Of a stretch of 64,000 nucleotides of DNA, positions 19,266-32,665 are shown piece by piece. The position numbers and the translations under genes are program-made. The stretch comes from Isosphaeraceae bacterium (lineage in GTDB: Bacteria > Planctomycetota > Planctomycetia > Isosphaerales > Isosphaeraceae). The first letter of the stretch is position 1. Every line of letters begins with the position of its first letter. Under the pieces are notes generated by a model. That model made no database searches. It saw only the letters and a list, made by a program, of their open reading frames with translations, and had not been told where the DNA came from. The stretch spans positions 124,001 through 188,000 of the forward strand of contig CBDAVP010000004.1 in NCBI GenBank assembly GCA_965201075.1. The letters are read 5' to 3'.

Positions 19266-19997
19266 ATGCAGATTATCCCGGCCATTGACCTGCGCGGTGG
19301 ACGCTGCGTCAGGCTGCAACAGGGCGATTATGACCGGGAGTCGGTCTTTGGTGACGACCCGGCGGCCATTGCGGTGCGCTGGGCCGAACAGGGGGCTGGG
19401 CGGATTCATCTGGTGGACCTCGATGGCGCCAAGGCGGGCCGTCCGGTCAATGTGGAGGCGGTGCGGGAGATTTTGGCGAGGGTGGATGTGCCTTGCCAGC
19501 TTGGCGGGGGGGTCCGCGATGAGGAGACCGTGGCTTCGTGGCTGGGGGCGGGGATTGAGCGGGTGATTGTGGGCACCAAGGCGTTGAAGGACCCGGCGTG
19601 GTTCCGACGGATCGCCGAGGCGTATCCGGGGCGGATCGTGCTGGGGCTGGATGCGCGGGATGGTCGGGTGGCAACGGAGGGTTGGTTGGATGTCTCGACG
19701 GTGGATGCCGCCGAGCTGGCCGAGCAGTTTGATGACCTGCCCCTGGGGGCGGTCGTTTATACCGATATTGCCTGCGATGGGATGCTGGAAGGTCCCAACA
19801 TCGCGGCGACCGAGGCTCTGGCTCGGCGGTTGAAGACCCCGGTGATCGCGTCCGGGGGGGTTGGCACGCTGGAGGATGTGGCGCACCTGGCGGCCTTGCC
19901 GATCGCGGCTTGCATCGTCGGGCGGGCGCTTTACGACGGTCGGTTCCGGCTCGACGAAGCCAGGGACCGGGCCGGCGACCGTAATCCGGCCTCCTAG
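19266..19997 (+). CDS. hisA: ProFAR isomerase
   Basis: MQIIPAIDLRGGRCVRLQQG, HLVDLDGA, QLGGGVR, VYTDIACDG, VIASGG. Confidence 0.97.
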   Translation: MQIIPAIDLRGGRCVRLQQGDYDRESVFGDDPAAIAVRWAEQGAGRIHLVDLDGAKAGRPVNVEAVREILARVDVPCQLGGGVRDEETVASWLGAGIERVIVGTKALKDPAWFRRIAEAYPGRIVLGLDARDGRVATEGWLDVSTVDAAELAEQFDDLPLGAVVYTDIACDGMLEGPNIAATEALARRLKTPVIASGGVGTLEDVAHLAALPIAACIVGRALYDGRFRLDEARDRAGDRNPAS

Positions 19998-20104
19998 CGG
20001 GCCCTCGTCGACCCGCTCCCTTCTGGGGGCCACGGACCCGCCGGTCTCGCTTGCTTGAGCGGACACGGAGTTCCGGCATCGACGCCGGGAAAGGGGTCGC
20101 GAGC

Positions 20105-22184
20105 ATGGCCACGACGGTCGCCTATCACACTCAGGATATCCGCAACATTGCCCTGGCCGGACACGGGGCGTCGGCCAAGACCAGCCTGGTCGACGCCTTG
20201 CTCTTCGCCTCCGGCGCCACCGACCGGCGAGGTTCGGTCGACGATGGCACGAGCCTTTCGGACGTCGAGGACGAGGAACGCCGTCGGCATTTCACGATTG
20301 ACTGCCACCTGCTGCACCTGGAATGGGCCGGCAAGCAGGTCCATCTGGTCGACTCTCCCGGCTACCCCGACTTCATCGGCGGGGCGGTCAGCGCGTTGGC
20401 CGCGGTGGAAAACGTGCTGATCACCGTGCCGGCCAACACCGGCATCGAGCACACTACCCGTCGACTGTTTCAAGAGGCCGGCCGCCTGGGGCTGGGACGG
20501 TTCCTGGCCCTGACCAAGATGGACGCCGAGAACGTCGACTATCTGGCCGACCTGGAAGCCCTGCGAGAGGCGTTCGGCACCCACTGCGTCCCTTTGCTGC
20601 TGCCGGTGGGTCAGGGGTCGGGGTTTTCCGGGGTGATCGACGTGCTGGACCCGCCCGCCGACGTGCCGGGGGACTGCCCGATGCATCCGGCCGAGGCGTA
20701 CACGATGGTCGTCGAGCCGATCGTGGAGACCGATGAGGATTTGATGGCACGCTACCTGGATGGCGAGACGATTCCGGCCGAGGAACTGCGGTCGGCGGCC
20801 TGCCGGGCGATCGGCGCGGGGAAGCTGGTACCGGTGGCGTGCGTCTCGGCCCGGACCGGCGTCGGCCTTCGAGAGTTGCTGGACCTGCTGGCACGCTGCG
20901 GCCTGGACCCCTCGGGCGTCCACCGCTTCGGGACCCGCGTGGAGGCGAATGGCGAGGAGGAAGTGGAGCCTGCCGAAGATGGGGAACTGGTCGCTCAGGT
21001 GTTCAAAACGGCGATCGACCCGTTCATGGGGAAGATGAGCTATCTGCGGATCGTCTCCGGGCGGTTGAGCAAGGATACGCCGCTGGTCAATCTGCGCAGT
21101 GGCAAGACCGGCAAGCCGGGCCATCTTTTATCAGGTGCAGGGCAAGACTCAGCAGGAAGTGGATGAGGCGATCGCCGGGGATCTTGTCGCCGTGCCGAAG
21201 TTTGATGATCTGCGCATCAGCGACACCGTGACCGCGGCGAACGACCCAGCTCATGAGCCTCACGTCGTCCTGAAGCCGATCCGCTTCCCCAGTCCGATGG
21301 TCCCCCGAGCCGTCGAGCCGAGGACCCGCGAGGATGAGCCGAGAATCGCCGCCAGTCTGGCCAAGATCGCCGACGAGGACCCCACCTTCACCTATAAACG
21401 CAACGCCCGGACCCACGAACTGGTCATCTCGGGGATGAGCGAGCTGCACCTGGATGTGATCCAGAACCGGTTGAAGTCGCGGTACAAGCTCGACGTGACG
21501 ACCCACGTCCCGCATGTCCCCTACCTGGAGACGATCGGTGGCGAGGCCGAGGCTCACCATCGCCACAAGAAGCAGACCGGCGGTCGGGGGCAGTTCGCCG
21601 ACGTGCAGCTTCGGGTGAGACCGCTCCCCAGGGGCGAGGGGTTCCGGTTCGTGGATGCGGTCAAAGGGGGGGTGATTCCCAACCAGTTCATCCCGGCGGT
21701 CGAGAAGGGGGTCCGGGAGCAGTGCGAAAAGGGAGTGCTCTCGGGCAACCCGGTGGTGGACGTGGAGGTTGAGGTCTTCTTCGGCAGCCATCACGCGGTC
21801 GATAGCTCGGAGCAGGCGTTCAAGACCGCCGGAGCCTCGGCGTTCCGCAAGGCGTTTGAGTCGGCTCGCCCGGCGCTTTTGGAGCCGATCGTGGCTTTGG
21901 AAATCTCGACGCCGCCAACGAAACTGGGGGACGTGACGGCCGACCTGGCGAATCGTCGGGGCCATATCACCGGGATGGATACCTTGCTCGGTGGATTCCC
22001 ATTGGTTCAGGCGCACGCTCCCCTGGCGGAGGTGCTACGCTATGCGACCGACCTGAAGAGCCTGACCGGCGGCCAGGGGAATTTCACCTTGGAATTCTCG
22101 TCGTACGAGCCAGTGCCGCCTCAGGTTCAGGCCGGCATCATCGATGCCTGGCGGAAGGCTCGCGGGCAGGTGGACGAGGACTGA
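20105..22184 (+). pseudogene. fusA: elongation factor G paralog (EF-G2-like), frameshifted at about 21126-21129
   Basis: IRNIALAGH, DSPGYPDF, TKMD, EDPT, GMSELHLD, KKQTGGRGQF, VDSSEQAFK, LLEPI. ORFs 20051-21166 and 21099-22184 join into ~692 aa if one T of a TTTT run is removed. Confidence 0.85.
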
Positions 22185-22262
22185 CCGAGGAAACGGACGC
22201 GGCCGGCCCATCGATGAGGAGGGGCCGGCCGCTCGCGATTCAAACCTCAACCGCCAACCGGG

Positions 22263-23777
22263 TCAGATGAGGCCGCCGAGCCCGGTGCCGGTGCCGCCGG
22301 TGGTCGTGCCACCCGTGCCGGTGGTTCCGCCCGAAGAACTGGTGGGCGTGCCGCCGGTGATGACGCCGGTGGTCCCAGTGCTGCCGGTGTTGCCACCTTC
22401 TCCCACGGTGCCAGTGGTGCCGGTGCTGCCGGTATCGCCGCCAGTCCCCACGGTGCCGGTGGTGCCCGTGCTGCCGGTATCGCCGCCGGTCCCCACGGTG
22501 CCGGTGGTGCCCGTGCCTCCGGTCCCCGTGCCCGAGCCTCCGGTCGTGGTTCCGGTGCCCGAACCACCCGTGGTGGTACCGGTCGAGCCGCCGTTGCCAG
22601 TCCCCGGCGTCGAGCCGCCAGTGCCGACCGTGCCTCCGGTACCCCCAGTGCCCGTCCCTGTGCCCGTACCCGTGGTCCCAGTCCCTGTTGTGCCGGTGCC
22701 GGTGCCGGTTCCGGTTCCGGTGCCAGTACCAGTCGTGCCAGTGCCAGTCCCTGTCGTGCCTGTACCTGTACCTGTGCCTGTACCAGTACCAGTCGTCCCA
22801 GTACCAGTCGTCCCCGTCCCAGTACCAGTCGTCCCCGTACCAGTACCAGTCGTGCCAGTACCAGTACCAGTACCAGTACCAGTACTGCCTGTACCAGTGC
22901 CTGTACCAGTACCAGTAGTGCCTGTACCAGTGCCACTAGTGCCTGTACCAGTGCCACTAGTGCCTGTACCAGTGCCGGTGCCGGTCGTACCCGTGCCGGT
23001 ACCCGTCGTACCGGTTCCAGTACCGGTCGTACCCGTGCCGGTACCCGTCGTACCGGTTCCAGTGCCGGTTCCCGTCCCAGATCCGGTGGTGCCGGTGCCG
23101 GTGGTGCCGGTGCCTGAACCAGTCGTCCCACTGCCAGTGCCGACGAGACCGGAGCCGGTGCCGAATTGCTGCTGGGCCTGGGTGGTTAGGGAAGTCCGGA
23201 AGGTATCGATGGCGGCGCTGGCGGCGACGGCGCCCGTGCCGCTGTTGGCGTTCGGGCCGATCACCGTCATGCTAAAACGCTGAATGGCCCTCGCCCCGTT
23301 GAGCGAGCTGACCAGGCCGAAGTTAATACGGTGGGCGCCGACGCGAAACTGGCCGGGATTGGGCTGGACGGAGGAAATGTCCTGGTAGGCCGAGTAGTCG
23401 ACCGCCGACCCGAGGCCGTGCGTGGAAAGGAAGACATTCCGCTGATTCGACAGGGCCTGCGAGAACAGGTCGGCGACGTCGGTGCCGTTGGCCCCCGATG
23501 CCGCGACCTTGCCTTGGAGTTTCACGGAATACTGGATGTTGTAGGTCGACCCGCCCTCGCTGAACCGGAGGTGGTAGACAATCGAACGGCCGTTGGGGGC
23601 GACGCGGAAGTTGTCGACCTGGTAGGAAACGTCCGTCGGCGTCGTGGCGGCGGTTGTGGTCGAGGTGGGAGATTGGACTGCGGCAATTGGAAGTGAGGGT
23701 TCCAGGCCCGTCGCCGCGGGGACCATCCGGACTTCCAAACCTTCCACCTGGAAGGTGCGTCGTTTCGCGGGTCGCAT
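22263..23777 (-). CDS. planctomycete extracellular protein with LEPR-XLL-like N-terminus and long Gly/Thr low-complexity tail
   Basis: MRPAKRRTFQVEGLEVRMVPA leader; about 290 C-terminal residues are mostly (GT)n/GTT. Confidence 0.85.
   Translation of the reverse strand: MRPAKRRTFQVEGLEVRMVPAATGLEPSLPIAAVQSPTSTTTAATTPTDVSYQVDNFRVAPNGRSIVYHLRFSEGGSTYNIQYSVKLQGKVAASGANGTDVADLFSQALSNQRNVFLSTHGLGSAVDYSAYQDISSVQPNPGQFRVGAHRINFGLVSSLNGARAIQRFSMTVIGPNANSGTGAVAASAAIDTFRTSLTTQAQQQFGTGSGLVGTGSGTTGSGTGTTGTGTTGSGTGTGTGTGTTGTGTGTTGTGTGTTGTGTGTTGTGTGTGTSGTGTGTSGTGTGTTGTGTGTGTGSTGTGTGTGTGTTGTGTGTTGTGTGTTGTGTTGTGTGTGTGTGTTGTGTGTTGTGTGTGTGTGTGTTGTGTTGTGTGTGTGGTGGTVGTGGSTPGTGNGGSTGTTTGGSGTGTTTGGSGTGTGGTGTTGTVGTGGDTGSTGTTGTVGTGGDTGSTGTTGTVGEGGNTGSTGTTGVITGGTPTSSSGGTTGTGGTTTGGTGTGLGGLI
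22380..23140. repeat. coding tandem repeats (GTACCA/GTGCCG hexamers; 45-bp units)
   Basis: Run of GTACCA hexamers at about 22858-22884; 15-aa unit TGSTGTTGTVGTGGD repeated at about 22380-22510. Confidence 0.9.
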
Positions 23778-23884
23778 CGGGTGCAAAACTCCTTGGCGCA
23801 CCACGACCGCGGCCATGCCGGGGGGAGGCGGCGGCCGGGCTCGCGACGGGCGGTCATCCTTGGTGTCGCGTGATCGCAGTGTTA

Positions 23885-23912
23885 CATGGCAAAATTCGCA
23901 TTTGCCATGCCG
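23885..23912 (-). promoter_or_regulatory. candidate sigma54 -24/-12 promoter overlapping a 9-bp inverted repeat
   Basis: Minus strand reads CGGCATGGCAAATGC (GG-N10-GC, 23912-23898); inverted repeat CATGGCAAA-N7-TTTGCCATG (23885-23909); about 120 nt upstream of ATG 23777. Confidence 0.5.
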
Positions 23913-24081
23913 TAGAGAATTTAGCGATGACACTGGCCTGATGCGGCCTGAATTGGTTCGATCGGGCGGCGCAAAGATACCGATAAAATCGTATCAGCAA
24001 CTCGGCGGCGATGCTCGGCCGCCCCCGAGTGAGCTGGCAGGTCTCTCCAGACTCGCTTCGGTGGGAAAGCTGTCCTCGACG

Positions 24082-27813
<3,732 letters not shown>

Positions 27814-28109
27814 GGGGACGTTCCCGGTCGGTGGGCGGTCGTTCGGTCGGGGGGCGTGGGCGGGCCACGATTATCCCGGCGGCGTGACGGGGCTGTCAAG
27901 CGAACCGTGGGCGTGTCGGATCTCAGCAACTCTCGCCCCGATCACGCATTATGCGGTTGGGGACAAGGGGTTCCCGCCCGGCGCCGGGTTGCGAACGGGG
28001 GGCCGGGGGCTTACAACCGGGGCTGGCCCGAGGCCCGCGTCGCTGCCGTCGCCGGGCCCGGCGTTTCGCACCTTCCCATGCCCCCTGCCCTGCCCGGAGT
28101 CAACGACGG

Positions 28110-29345
28110 ATGACCGCTCAGCCGCTCGACGCGCGCGTGAAATCAGCCCTGGATGCCGGCGAGGGGATCTTGCGGCTGGCGCCCACGTGGGTCCCGCGCT
28201 CGTTTCTGATGCCCGGAGCGCGATTAAAGCTCGCCCAGCAAGACCTTTACGCCCTGGGAACCCACCGAGGCGGCATCGACGAGCGCTGGTTCGGCTCGAC
28301 CACCGCCGCCGCCAACGAGGGCGCTCCGCCCGACGAGGGGCTCAGCTACGTGGTCCACGAGGGCAGCAAGTTCACCCTCAAGGACGCTATTGACACCGCC
28401 GGCGCCGACATCATCGGCAAGGCGATCTTTGACAAGTACAAGAAGTGGCCCGTCTACAGCAAGTTCTTCGACAACCTGGGGCCGATCCCCCACCACATGC
28501 ACCAGAACGCCGAGCAGGCCGCCAAGCTCGGCCGAGAAGGGAAGCCGGAAAGCTATTACTTCCCGCCCCAGTTGAACTGGACCGGCAACAACTTCCCTCA
28601 CACCTACATGGGCCTTGAGCCAGGGACCACCAAGGACGACCTGCGACGTTGCCTGGAGCGCTGGGACAGTGGCGACAATGGCATCCTTGACCTGGCCAAG
28701 GCGTACCGCTTGAAACCCGGCACCGGCTGGCTCATTCCCCCTTGCGTCCTGCACGCCCCAGGCTCGTTGGTGACGTATGAGCCTCAATGGGGCTCGGACG
28801 TGTTCGGCATGTACCAATCGATGGTCGAGGGGCGTCGGGTGCCGTGGGAGTTGCTGGTCAAGGACGTCCCGCCCGAGTACCACCGAGACCTGGACTACAT
28901 CATCGACCAGCTCGACTGGGAGAAGAACGTCGACCCCGAGTTCAAGAAGCACAACTATCTGGAGCCGATCGTCGCGGCCGGCTCGGAGGCTGAGGGCTAT
29001 CTGGACAAGTGGATCGTCTACGGACGCGTCGACGGCCAGCAACTCTTCAGCGCCCGGGAACTGACGGTGTTGCCGGGCAAGTCGGTGACGATCAAGGACG
29101 CCGGGGCCTCGGGCCTGGTGGTCACGCAGGGGCGCGGCAAGGTCGGCAAGCTCGAAGTGGACAGCCCCAACTTCATCCGCTTCGGTGAGTTGACCGACGA
29201 CGAGGTCTTCATCTCCGAGAAGGCGGCGAAGGCCGGCGTCACGTTCCAGAATCTGGGCGCCGAGCCGTTCGTCAGCCTGCGGTATTTCGGCCCGGATGTC
29301 CATCAGAGCTTGCCCGAGGTCGGCGACTACCTCAAGTCGCGCTGA
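28110..29345 (+). CDS. cupin-fold, phosphomannose-isomerase-like sugar isomerase (uncharacterised)
   Basis: KFFD...PHHMHQ...KPESYYF...LHAPG..YEPQ resembles the type I PMI metal-ligand arrangement. Confidence 0.7.
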   Translation: MTAQPLDARVKSALDAGEGILRLAPTWVPRSFLMPGARLKLAQQDLYALGTHRGGIDERWFGSTTAAANEGAPPDEGLSYVVHEGSKFTLKDAIDTAGADIIGKAIFDKYKKWPVYSKFFDNLGPIPHHMHQNAEQAAKLGREGKPESYYFPPQLNWTGNNFPHTYMGLEPGTTKDDLRRCLERWDSGDNGILDLAKAYRLKPGTGWLIPPCVLHAPGSLVTYEPQWGSDVFGMYQSMVEGRRVPWELLVKDVPPEYHRDLDYIIDQLDWEKNVDPEFKKHNYLEPIVAAGSEAEGYLDKWIVYGRVDGQQLFSARELTVLPGKSVTIKDAGASGLVVTQGRGKVGKLEVDSPNFIRFGELTDDEVFISEKAAKAGVTFQNLGAEPFVSLRYFGPDVHQSLPEVGDYLKSR

Positions 29346-29377
29346 GCCTCGCGGATTCGTCGAGCGGAGGCCCTTCG

Positions 29378-30100
29378 ATGACGACCCAGGCGTTGGCTCC
29401 CGTTCCGGCCCCGACCGCCAACAAAGCGGCCGGGGCCCTTGAGGCTCCCGAGACCTCCTTCGTCATCGAGGGGCTGACCTACCGGCAATACCTGACCATC
29501 TCCGACGCCCTGCCGGACCGGGCCGTGCCCCGGCTCGTCTTCGTCGACGGGAGGCTGACGTTCGTGTCGCCGTCACGCCATCATGAATTCGGCTCCGACT
29601 GCCTGTGCGACCTGGTCAAGACGGTTGCCCTCGGTTGCGGAATCCCGCTGGCACCGGCGAGGAGTTCGACCTATCGCTCGCCAGACGCCCGCACGGGCGT
29701 CGAGGGGGATGGGGCCTTCTACTTGCGACTCAATGCCGGACTGATGAGGGGCTCGATCAATATCGACCTCTCCACCCAGCCGCCTCCCGACCTCGTGATT
29801 GAGGTCCAGTATGCGCATTCGGCCGACGACGCGGTCTCGGCCTGGGGGCGCCTGCGGGTCCCGGACATCTGGCGATACGACGTCCGCCGCGGGGCGTTGC
29901 TGATCCTCCGCCGCCGCGACGATGGTTCGTACGAATCGGTCGAGCGGAGCCCCGGGCTGCCGGGGCTGACCGTCGCGGACATCGTCGACCAGCTTCAGAG
30001 AGCCGAAACCCTGGAATATGGGGCCTGGTTGGCCCAGTTGCAGGCATGGACCCGCGAGGTGATCGCGCCCCAGGTCGAGGGTGGCGGGGTGGGGCCATGA
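29378..30100 (+). CDS. Uma2 family (PD-(D/E)xK-like) endonuclease
   Basis: GLTYRQYL, DGRLTFVSPSRHHE, VEGDGAFY, PPDLVIEV, VPDIWRYD. Confidence 0.88.
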   Translation: MTTQALAPVPAPTANKAAGALEAPETSFVIEGLTYRQYLTISDALPDRAVPRLVFVDGRLTFVSPSRHHEFGSDCLCDLVKTVALGCGIPLAPARSSTYRSPDARTGVEGDGAFYLRLNAGLMRGSINIDLSTQPPPDLVIEVQYAHSADDAVSAWGRLRVPDIWRYDVRRGALLILRRRDDGSYESVERSPGLPGLTVADIVDQLQRAETLEYGAWLAQLQAWTREVIAPQVEGGGVGP

Positions 30101-30801
30101 CGACCACGATTGCGAATCCGATCCCCCCGGGACCTCTCGCACTGCCGCCTCCCATCGAGGCCGAACCCCGGTTCATCATCAAGGGCCTTAGCTTCGAGCA
30201 ATACGCGGCCATCGCCGGGGCCTTGCCGGATCGGCACAACCCCCGCCTCATCTTCCTCGATGGGAGACTCACGCTTTTGTCCCCGTCCCACCTTCAGGAT
30301 CGCCGGGCCGAGCACTTTGGCTACTTCGTGGTCGCGGTGGCCGGCGGCCTGGGCCTCGCGTGCGAGCCAGCCGGCTCGACCACCTACCGGCGTCCCGAGA
30401 GTGGGACGGCCGTCGAGGGAGACAAGGCGTTTTACCTCGGGGCGAACGCGGACCGGATGCGCGTCCCCGAGCCGATCGACCTGACGAACCAGCCGCCTCC
30501 GGATCTGGTCATCGAGGTCGAGGTTTCGCACCCGGCCGATGACGCCATGACGGCCTGGGGGCGGATCGGCGTCCCCGAGGTCTGGCGGTTCGACGCCCGC
30601 CGCGACCTCTTGACCTTCTGGCTCCTCGGCGACGACGCCACCCATACCCCGACGGGCCGAAGCGTCGCCCTACCGGGCCTGGAGCCGGCCGATGTCCTGG
30701 GCCAGTTGAAACGGGCCGAGGAGATGGGCTTCATGGCGTGGTTCGCTGAACTGCCGGGCTGGGCCCGAGGGGTAATCGCGCCGAAGCTCGGCAACATCTA
30801 A
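30097..30801 (+). CDS. Uma2 family endonuclease (tandem paralog)
   Basis: GLSFEQY, DGRLTLLSPS, VEGDKAFY, PPDLVIEVEVS, VPEVWRFD; ATGA overlap with the previous gene. Confidence 0.88.
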   Translation: MTTTIANPIPPGPLALPPPIEAEPRFIIKGLSFEQYAAIAGALPDRHNPRLIFLDGRLTLLSPSHLQDRRAEHFGYFVVAVAGGLGLACEPAGSTTYRRPESGTAVEGDKAFYLGANADRMRVPEPIDLTNQPPPDLVIEVEVSHPADDAMTAWGRIGVPEVWRFDARRDLLTFWLLGDDATHTPTGRSVALPGLEPADVLGQLKRAEEMGFMAWFAELPGWARGVIAPKLGNI

Positions 30802-30815
30802 AAGAGGCCCGGCCC

Positions 30816-31478
30816 ATGAGCATGCCCGAGCCGACGCCCCTCGACGACCTGTCGGACGACCTCCGCCGATGGGTCAAAGCCGAGCTTGCGCCGGACGAGC
30901 GACTGCTGTGGGCCGGTTACGGAGAGACCCACAGGGGGACGGCCGGTTGCGGGTGCCTCAACACGTTCCCGGCCTTCCTTGTGATCTTGGGGGCTGCCGG
31001 TGTCCTCGCGACCTCCGCCACCCCTGAGTTGCGCGCTTCAGGCAACGACTTTGTTCGAGTCTCCGGGCTGGTCTCGCTGGTGATCGGGAGCGTGTGCCTG
31101 GCCTGGCAGGGATTCTCCTGGCTATCCCGTTACCTCGGCGGGGCCACTCATCGGCGGTCGAAGTATGCCCTCACCGACCGCCGGGCGATCCTCTGGCTCC
31201 CGCAACCCCGCCGGGCCGTGGAGACCCACTCAATCCTCCGAGGCCACGTCGATCACATCTACCGGAATGAATATCCCGACGGGACGGGCGACGTTCGCTG
31301 GTCTCCGCTGCGGATGAGCGTATTGGGCCCCTGCGGCTTCGAGGGGATCGCCGACGTCCGCCGCGTCGAGGAACTGGCCCATCGCGTCCTGCTCGGCTAC
31401 GATACCCCTTCGCCTGATCGATCCCACTCGAACACCGGCCGGCCGATCGACCGGACCGGAGAGGTCCACCGACCATGA
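30816..31478 (+). CDS. hypothetical membrane protein (2 TM, bacterial PH-like C-terminus)
   Basis: ELAPDERLLWAG, two TMs, YALTDRRAI, DGTGDV, FEGIADVRRVE. Confidence 0.7.
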   Translation: MSMPEPTPLDDLSDDLRRWVKAELAPDERLLWAGYGETHRGTAGCGCLNTFPAFLVILGAAGVLATSATPELRASGNDFVRVSGLVSLVIGSVCLAWQGFSWLSRYLGGATHRRSKYALTDRRAILWLPQPRRAVETHSILRGHVDHIYRNEYPDGTGDVRWSPLRMSVLGPCGFEGIADVRRVEELAHRVLLGYDTPSPDRSHSNTGRPIDRTGEVHRP

Positions 31479-32539
31479 GCGCCAGCCACGCCAACGTGTT
31501 CCCCAAGCTCCACAACGCCGCGTGGCCGGGGGTGGTCGGCAAGGGGGACGGGTCCGAGCCGATCATCGACCTCGACGCGATGCTTGATCACACCGCCTCG
31601 GCCGAAGTCAACGGCGTCAAGTTCGATGGCGTCGACCTGTTCCTGTTCGCCCCGCATGTCGACATCGACAGCACCCCCGACGACCTCAAGGCCCTGGCCG
31701 ACAAGGTGCGGGCGCGGAATCTGGTGATTGGCTCGGTGGTCGCGCCGGTCTGGCCCCCCACCGGCGGCGGGCCCGCCATCGACGCCGGCGCGGGCCGCAA
31801 GGCGTTTCTTCAGCAGGTGGAGAAGGGCTGCAAGATCGCCCGGACCCTCCGGGAGATCGGGATTCGCCCCTACGGCGTCGTGAGGCTCGACTCGGCCACC
31901 GGCGTCGGCGACTACCTGGCCGACGTCGAGGGGAACCGCTCCCGGCTGGTCGAGACCTTCCGCGAGGCCGGCAAGATCGCCCAAGAACACGGCGAGCGCC
32001 TGGCCGCCGAGGGGGAAATCTGCTGGGGCGGGATGCACTCGTGGAAGAGCATGGTTGACGTCCTGGAGCGGGTGGATATGCCCGGGGTCGTTGGGTTCCA
32101 GGCCGACATGGCGCATACCTTGCTGTACACCCTGGGCGAGAACGCCCCCGAGTCCCGCATCTTGCCCGAGGGGTATGACTGGAAGGACGTGGCGACCCTC
32201 GACGCGGCGCTCAAGACCCTGACCGACGCCCTGCGCCCCTGGACGATCGACTTCCACGTCGCCCAGAACGACGCCACGGTGTTTGGCTCGGGCTCTCACG
32301 ACCACACCGGCCGCCACTGCCTGCCGAATGACCCCAACGGCAAGCTCGACATCGTCCGCCACGCCGGCTTCTGGCTGCGCGACGATCAGGGGGAGTTGAC
32401 CCGGGCCGTCAAACACATCTGCTGGGACGGCTGCATGTTCCCCAACGCGGTGATGTCCGATCCGGCGACCTGGAACGCGATCCTCGCGGTGATGGTCGCC
32501 GTGCGCGAGGCCCACGGGTGGAGCGGGGCCCATGGCTGA
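31475..32539 (+). CDS. xylose isomerase-like TIM barrel / sugar phosphate isomerase-epimerase
   Basis: LAAEGEICWGG, FQADMAH, DFHVAQND, ICWDGC; ATGA overlap with the previous gene. Confidence 0.85.
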   Translation: MSASHANVFPKLHNAAWPGVVGKGDGSEPIIDLDAMLDHTASAEVNGVKFDGVDLFLFAPHVDIDSTPDDLKALADKVRARNLVIGSVVAPVWPPTGGGPAIDAGAGRKAFLQQVEKGCKIARTLREIGIRPYGVVRLDSATGVGDYLADVEGNRSRLVETFREAGKIAQEHGERLAAEGEICWGGMHSWKSMVDVLERVDMPGVVGFQADMAHTLLYTLGENAPESRILPEGYDWKDVATLDAALKTLTDALRPWTIDFHVAQNDATVFGSGSHDHTGRHCLPNDPNGKLDIVRHAGFWLRDDQGELTRAVKHICWDGCMFPNAVMSDPATWNAILAVMVAVREAHGWSGAHG

Positions 32540-32665
32540 ACGGATCGTTGTGCGGCAGAGGGTCGATGGATGCTTGCTTCACGAAAACGGCCTCGATAGA
32601 ACAACAACGGGGCCTCCCGCGACCGCGACGGGGCCGCCGTTGAAGGTTCCTCGCGAGGCCGAGCG

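Noticed and set aside
21110..21170. Programmed ribosomal frameshift in the EF-G paralog
   Set aside because: Only a 4-T run is present, with no recognisable slippery heptamer or stimulatory element; an indel is simpler.
22380..23140. Repeat tracts (here and 47044-47270) as possible CRISPR arrays
   Set aside because: They are in-frame coding tandem repeats without unique spacers, and there are no cas genes in the window.
22144..23283. 379-aa Pro/Val-repeat ORF on the + strand
   Set aside because: It is the antisense shadow of the Gly/Thr repeat gene, which has the recognisable leader and promoter candidate.
27814..28109. Cobalamin or SAM riboswitch upstream of metH
   Set aside because: No conserved riboswitch motifs recognisable by eye; an Rfam/Infernal scan would be needed to exclude one.
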